A stretch of 56,890 nucleotides of DNA, counting the filler, from Basidiobolus ranarum (Eukaryota), in assembly GCA_040143965.1 (NCBI GenBank). It is 3 parts of 3 records of this genome, joined end to end, with 100 filler letters (N's around TTAATTAATTAA, not from the genome) between each part and the next. Parts side by side here need not be neighbours in the genome. Positions count along the whole stretch, not along the records: positions 38,036 to 56,890 come from JASJQH010000266.1; 2 more parts are not named here. One strand, 5' to 3'. Position 1 is the first letter of the stretch. Each line of letters starts with the position of its first letter. A model generated the notes under the pieces. The model had not been told where the DNA came from, made no database searches, and saw only the letters and a program-made list of their open reading frames with translations. Position numbers and translations under genes: made by a program. Of this stretch, positions 51,287 through 56,890 are shown in pieces.

Positions 51287-52483
51287 GATGGAAGTATAAG
51301 CAAGAACGTTGATGACAGAGGATTCTTGTTTGGAGAATTACGTCGAACACGGCCTTTATATACTCCAGGACGTAGTTCGAGATGAGCCAATCCTCGGAAT
51401 CACTCTCGATTTGACGTAAGCGAATCCGTAATATCATTATCAAAATGGTAAATCACCGAATAAATAAAAATTGAACCGATTTTGGGGAGAAATCAACTAA
51501 TTTACATGTAACCGATAGTGGCTAAGAAAATATTCCCAAAATAAATCCTTTTACAGCGCACTAGGATTTTACAAGAGCTCAACATGATTCTTTCTGACCA
51601 TAAGAGCAGGATAGACAGACAAAAGGTGCCTGCAATAGAGCTAGAGTTGTTTTCTTGGCGGCCCAATACATGTAAATAGTGCTTTAATGCGTTTACATGC
51701 TCATAAGAATGCATGTTACCTGTCATACCCGAGTCACGTAGCAGAGCAAAATACAAGTAAAATGAATATACCGTGTGTACAGAGAAAGATGAGATCATTC
51801 ATTGGGTCAACAGGATGTGTGCAGCAACTAAACTCTAAACGGACAATGAGCTAATCTGTGTGCAAGGAACCATTTAGTATCCGTAATTCATGGTATCGTA
51901 GGTATCGGGGGATTTTTGTAGGTATTGGAATAAGGCACGTTCTTTCATTCTACCGTTTCTATTTTACGGTGATTTTGGATGATGCGGATATTTTAGGAGG
52001 GGCTGTATAAATACGATATAAATACGAGCTGGGCCTAAATTCTATTGTTAGAATACACAGATTAAACTTTTTGTCAAACCGGATTTTGAATCGTCATGAA
52101 AATCAGCCAATCTATATCCCACTCTTATCCCACTCTTTACTTTGTACACAAGCTGCTCCTAACTTCTCCGTATTAAGTTGCTCCAGACTTTCTTATCGAT
52201 TGCACTACCTTGCTAATCCTTGGAGATTGAGTTGATTGTTGTCATTGATCGATCGTTTTGGTGATTAATCGTTCCTTCCGAGGTATTCATTAAGCCACTT
52301 TAGTATTCTCCCCAGGCTTTTGTCTTCCTCATATCACGTTGGTTGTCTATGTAGAAGTTAGTGGCTCAACACGAGATCTAAGAGATTCGATCCAGCCATT
52401 GGAGTTTGAAGCCACTACTCTGATGGTCAACATAGATGCTCTAGAATTGATGGCAATATTGATTGTAACAATTATAGCAAACC

Positions 52484-52509
52484 CACAGAATGAGCCCACA
52501 GAATGAGCC
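52484..52509. repeat. 13-bp tandem duplication (CACAGAATGAGCC x2)
   Basis: Directly visible: cacagaatgagcc cacagaatgagcc. Confidence 0.85.
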
Positions 52510-52921
52510 GTACACACACATTCATTGGATTAAACAAAATTTGAATGAAAGGTGGAAGTGACGTATTGGTCCTCTATTTGGCTTGATGTTGATTAATATT
52601 AGTCCAACTGATTTAGCCTGATATTTATTAATCGCTTGGACTTTCTTATTATTTGCTTACTTGCATTGAAAGTAGCAATGCTTTCATTTAGAGTCTTTAG
52701 AGGGTGCATGATTAGTATGTAGTGATGCAATGAACATGATATCCCACGTTTTGGATGGTCAATCAGCTGACAGGGTTCGGATGTGTAGAGACAATGCACA
52801 AGTGCTAATATAAGCAAACGAAAAGCTTCCATAGATGGCTGTGCTCAACAAAGGCCCATGCACGCTCTTTTTGGAGCTTCATTAAGGTACCAAAATGTAG
52901 AGGATGTAAATACAAGTCCTG

Positions 52922-55900
52922 TTACAGAGTTGCAGAATAGTCTAGAGTCGATGTAAGAAAATCATCTTCATCTACAGATATAGGAGTAAGTATGAGAATC
53001 AGTATTCGAATGTACTACACAGATAAAGACAAGTAGATCTGTACCCTCTTCCTTCTTGAATTCTGCTTCTTCATTGTTGAATCCCTTTTTGTTTTTGGGT
53101 ACAAGTAATTGCCACGCTCGTTTGAGGACAAATGCTGGTCTATGTATCAAGAATTTCTCGCTAATAAACTTGAATCGCTTTCCATATATTTTTACAGACT
53201 AATCGATGATTTGGTTAGAAAGTGCTACATTCCAGAACATCCAATTTAAGAAGCATACAACTTACGTTTCTTAATATTTCTTCTTCTTCTACGGTCAAAG
53301 GTTTAATCTGTTGCAAATAATATTCCTGGATCGAAAACCGGGTTAGCATTGCTACTTGTAAGTAGGTAATATATAAATCGCTCGCACCTTCACTGGATTG
53401 TCCGGATAGCGTCTGGATTTTAAATTATTAAATCGATTCTCCAATTGTGAGGGTGTTTTGCTGGGTAATACATGTGAGCGTATGGTATTCCAATCGTCAC
53501 CAAAAGACTTGAGACCAATCAATAACAGACTAAACAAAGGTTAGTTAAGGACATCTATCATAATGTTGTGGTCGCTCTGAATGCAGCGATATTCTAAAAA
53601 TGGATACGAATCCTCAGATGAGTGGAACGTGACCCGTACTCTTGGTAAGGCTATAGTATAGTCATTACATCGATTAGCGATTAGTTGAAGCGGTATAATG
53701 GAAGATCAAAGTTGCTTACCAGGTACAATCTGCGGTATCAAATCCAAGTCTAATAATGGATAAAATTCATCCAATGCAGATTTGACGGAGATCGGTAATG
53801 AAATGGGATCTTGTACGCGATTCTCCCATGCGGGAAGTCCATTCTTCGTATCTATTTTGATTCGTTTTGATTTGGGCTTGCGTATAGCCGTTTCGAATTC
53901 TTTGGAACGATATTCCTCAGGGAAAGATGCTTCAAATAGTAAATCTGTATAATCAAGTCCGACAACTTCAAAAAACGACACATATTCAGGAGGTGATGTC
54001 TGACGTGCCTCTGATTGAAGATCTTTCAATTCATGCTGTAGATTTAAATGTTAGTTCCGTTTGATTTAAGGCTACTATTATCTCAGTTACATACAATTTT
54101 ATCTTGCCAATGCTTTCCAAACTCCGAATCATTTCCACGAAGCTCTCTTTCTAATACGAATGCCTGTATTAAAATCTGGAAGTTCTAAACCACGTTCGTA
54201 AAGGAAATGTTAGGCTTCATTCCATGTCCATAAAATACACAAATCTTACTTGTTGCTGCTGTTTTCGGAGCAGGTGCAATTGCTGCGGAGAAAATATAGA
54301 ACTAGAGGAGAGATGAGAGTAAGACGAGAGTTTGGCGAAATGAAGCTCTTAAGTAAATGCTTACTAGTCTTCTCCCGAGGGGATTGTGCTCTCAGCTATG
54401 CGATTTTGCTCTAGCTCGTCAACTTCTTCTTTGTACAGCTCTTCGACCTCATGTTCTAAAGTACATTTAATCGAAGCGATAAACGATCAGTGGTTGGCTT
54501 GAGATGCTAGAAATAATACTGTTGAAGAATTCTTACTTGAAATCGTAGCTCCTCTATCCTCTCTGAATTCTTCCATTTTTTCTCTTTTGATGTTTCGAGT
54601 CCTAAGAGCGAACTCTTGATCTGTACTCTCACTATCATCCTCAGACTGTAAATATGATATAGAGGGTTCTAATAAACAATATAACTGTTAATATAGAAAT
54701 AACTTCAATATTCGTCAATAGTCATCGAACTTACTCAAATCATGTAATTGATCTAGAAATTGACAATAGTCTAGTGATGTTTTTGTAGCCGGTGATAGAT
54801 ATTCACCCAGTACTAACTCCATTCCCTGTTCGTCCCGTAAAAGCTCCTCAATGTAAGTATCTTCCTGGCTTAGTAATGATGAGTCTACTTCAACAGGTGC
54901 AATTTGATTGAGAATCTGATCGAGCTCATTCATATCAACATCAACGCTATCGACATGGGCGATTCTGGGTGATGAAGGTTCTGATGTGATATCTTGTGTA
55001 TCCCATACCTCTTGCTGTCCCATTATCGACATGACTACTTTGGTCGCTAGCTTATTTACACGTGAGGTAAGTACAGAAAAATCATCCATAAGGTCTTGTA
55101 TGACTGCAAGATAGAGTGGCTCATTCGCTGAATTCAATATTTGAGAATAGACATTTGGCGTATATGTATTCGTTATGGTACATTTAGCATTTGGTGTATT
55201 GGGTACCGAGTGAGCGGTCAATAAATTCGTAGCTATGGGTAGATGCTCGTCGGATGAAGGAGGTGTGGAGGGTAGGTCGCATAACTCTGGTAAGTAAGGT
55301 TCAGATTTAATCTCACTAATTGGAATGAGATTCCTTTCAACGGATTTCGGAATATTTCGCAAACATAATGGTAGTGAGACTGAGAGTTCGTCATTGTCAG
55401 AGTCATCTTTGATTTCTAAACCACCATTTTGAAATAAGAGTCTCTCTAGTTCCATTGCGCTTTTATAACTAGTAGGTGATACAGGGGCTATTGATTCACC
55501 TAAGCGTTTGGTCAATACTCGTTCTACTCGTTGTGTTTGAGGCGTTACATTTGGTTTGGTAAATAAGCGTCTCCTCGCGGTTGGAGTGGTGTTACCATCT
55601 GGTGACAGTAGGGCTCGTTTATTGGTACGCGTTGAAGTGGGTGTGACTAAACCGGGTGTTAATGAGTGGGGAGCCTCGTCATTTCCCAACATTTCTGCAG
55701 AGCCCAATTTGCGAACTAGTAATGACCAACGCTTTAAACATTGGTGACTGCTGCGACCAGACATAGTCTTACTAATCATGGACCAACGTAAACCATAATT
55801 TTTAATCCCAGCAATCAATTGTTTGTCTTCAGCCTCTGTCCAACGCACCTTTTTCTTTGTAGCTCTTGGCGACGGAGAATCTTCGGGATCAGAGAAGCTC

Positions 55901-56031
55901 AAGTCTAAAGAGACGCCTCGGCGAATTTTTGGTTGTATGGCTACATATCCACTAACTTTTCGTGGAGTGGGTAATAAAGGGGGTGGTTGTGCTTGAGAAT
56001 TTTCGTGTTTCTGTGTAGGTGAAGCTAACAT
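52922..56031 (-). CDS. Myb/SANT protein with GON4L/YY1AP1/DUO3-like conserved blocks, about 11 exons
   Basis: N-terminal Myb (RWTEAEDKQLIAGIKNYGLRWSMISKTMSGRSSHQCLKRW). Spliced blocks EEFREDRGATISKHEVEEL, FSPQQLHLLRKQQQ/NFQILIQ and LLLIGLKSFGDDWNTIRSHVLPSKTPSQLENRFNNLKSRRYPDNPVK, then another SANT-like repeat. Confidence 0.8.
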
Positions 56032-56712
56032 CTAGACGAAAATACTTTAAATACAAAAGAAAAACCCAAGAGAGGAAAAGTTATTTACAGAAGGGGTATT
56101 GTGTCTTGCGCTAAATGGTTTTTAATGATTGTGAATCGAAAAAGACTGGAAGCTGAATTAAAAGAAATACTTCACTAAGAGTAATGAAAAAGAGTAAACA
56201 CACTGAAGAGTGACTGTCTGGGTAAACGCGCTGGTATTTACTACAGATGATGCTTGATTCGCTCCAGATTCTTTCTGTTGGGTAAATCAAAACATCTTAA
56301 AAAAACCATTCCCGTGCTTAGGTATTCCGTTTTCAACTATTTGGCTAAATTGAGCTGATATAAACACAAAATTGTTGTTTGCTGAGTGAATCGTTGAGTG
56401 TATGCTTATCCTATTTCAATGATTTGTAACTAAATGAAAATCCGAGTTGGAAGTCAAGACAGAAGATAAAATGGTAGAGAATATATACAGTGCATTCAAA
56501 TCATTGATTGAATTAATCTTTATTTTGTTCTATAATAAATAAATGAGCTTTTTTAGAGGTTACAGTTTTGCTTATCTAAGGGGTATACATGCTTCGTTTT
56601 TTATACCAGCATTGTATTGCGGAAGAGGTGAGAAGTAGATGGTTGATGATGGGTTATGAGCTACTTATGCTGAGGTAAAGCAGGCGGAATCATTTTTAGA
56701 TAAGGGTGTGAG

Positions 56713-56890
56713 TTAAGCCTTAGTGTCTGGGTTATCTGTAAGCCTCAAGCCCAAAATACTCCTAACATCTTTTACATAGTTCAATGCAAGTAGGAACCCG
56801 ATTAAATCCATGAGAGCGGGATCACTTGGATCATCATGGGTCCATGTTCTGATCGGGATGGCGTTTTCAGGATTGACAAGAAATGAGAAC
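56713..56890 (-). CDS. C-terminus of an FCP1/SCP-family HAD phosphatase, Nem1/CTDNEP1-like; continues beyond the window
   Basis: Minus frame: FSFLVNPENAIPIRTWTHDDPSDPALMDLIGFLLALNYVKDVREYLGLRLTDNPDTKA*. Confidence 0.8.
   Translation of the reverse strand, partial: FSFLVNPENAIPIRTWTHDDPSDPALMDLIGFLLALNYVKDVRSILGLRLTDNPDTKA

Overview
AT-rich, intron-rich eukaryotic DNA with short GT-AG introns and CTAAC-type branch points. Gene content points to an early-diverging fungus, plausibly Zoopagomycota/Basidiobolus-like (inference). The window is three contigs joined by two artificial 100-nt N spacers containing TTAATTAATTAA (18926-19025, 37936-38035), and the contig ends are low quality. Housekeeping genes: Cdc25-type Ras GEF, G-protein gamma, PRX5-type peroxiredoxin, GST, a PPR protein, mitochondrial L12, NOT3/5, RPS26, NDUFS8, PKA regulatory subunit, ARP1, MAK16, an NCLX-type exchanger, an Ssb-type Hsp70 fragment, UTP22, POM152, UGP1, and the C-terminus of a Nem1-like phosphatase. 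Accessory or unusual content: (1) an intronless PL38-like polysaccharide lyase with no signal peptide; (2) a tandem pair of novel secreted coiled-coil proteins with N/H/G/Q-rich tails and a gene-conversion-like identity pattern; (3) a novel GPI-like Cys protein; (4) a decayed bacterial-style NRPS PCP-thioesterase module; (5) a bacterial-type MaoC dehydratase followed by a decayed tandem copy; (6) a GON4L/DUO3-like Myb protein; (7) two candidate structured ncRNA loci. All family assignments come from motif recognition, not database searches.
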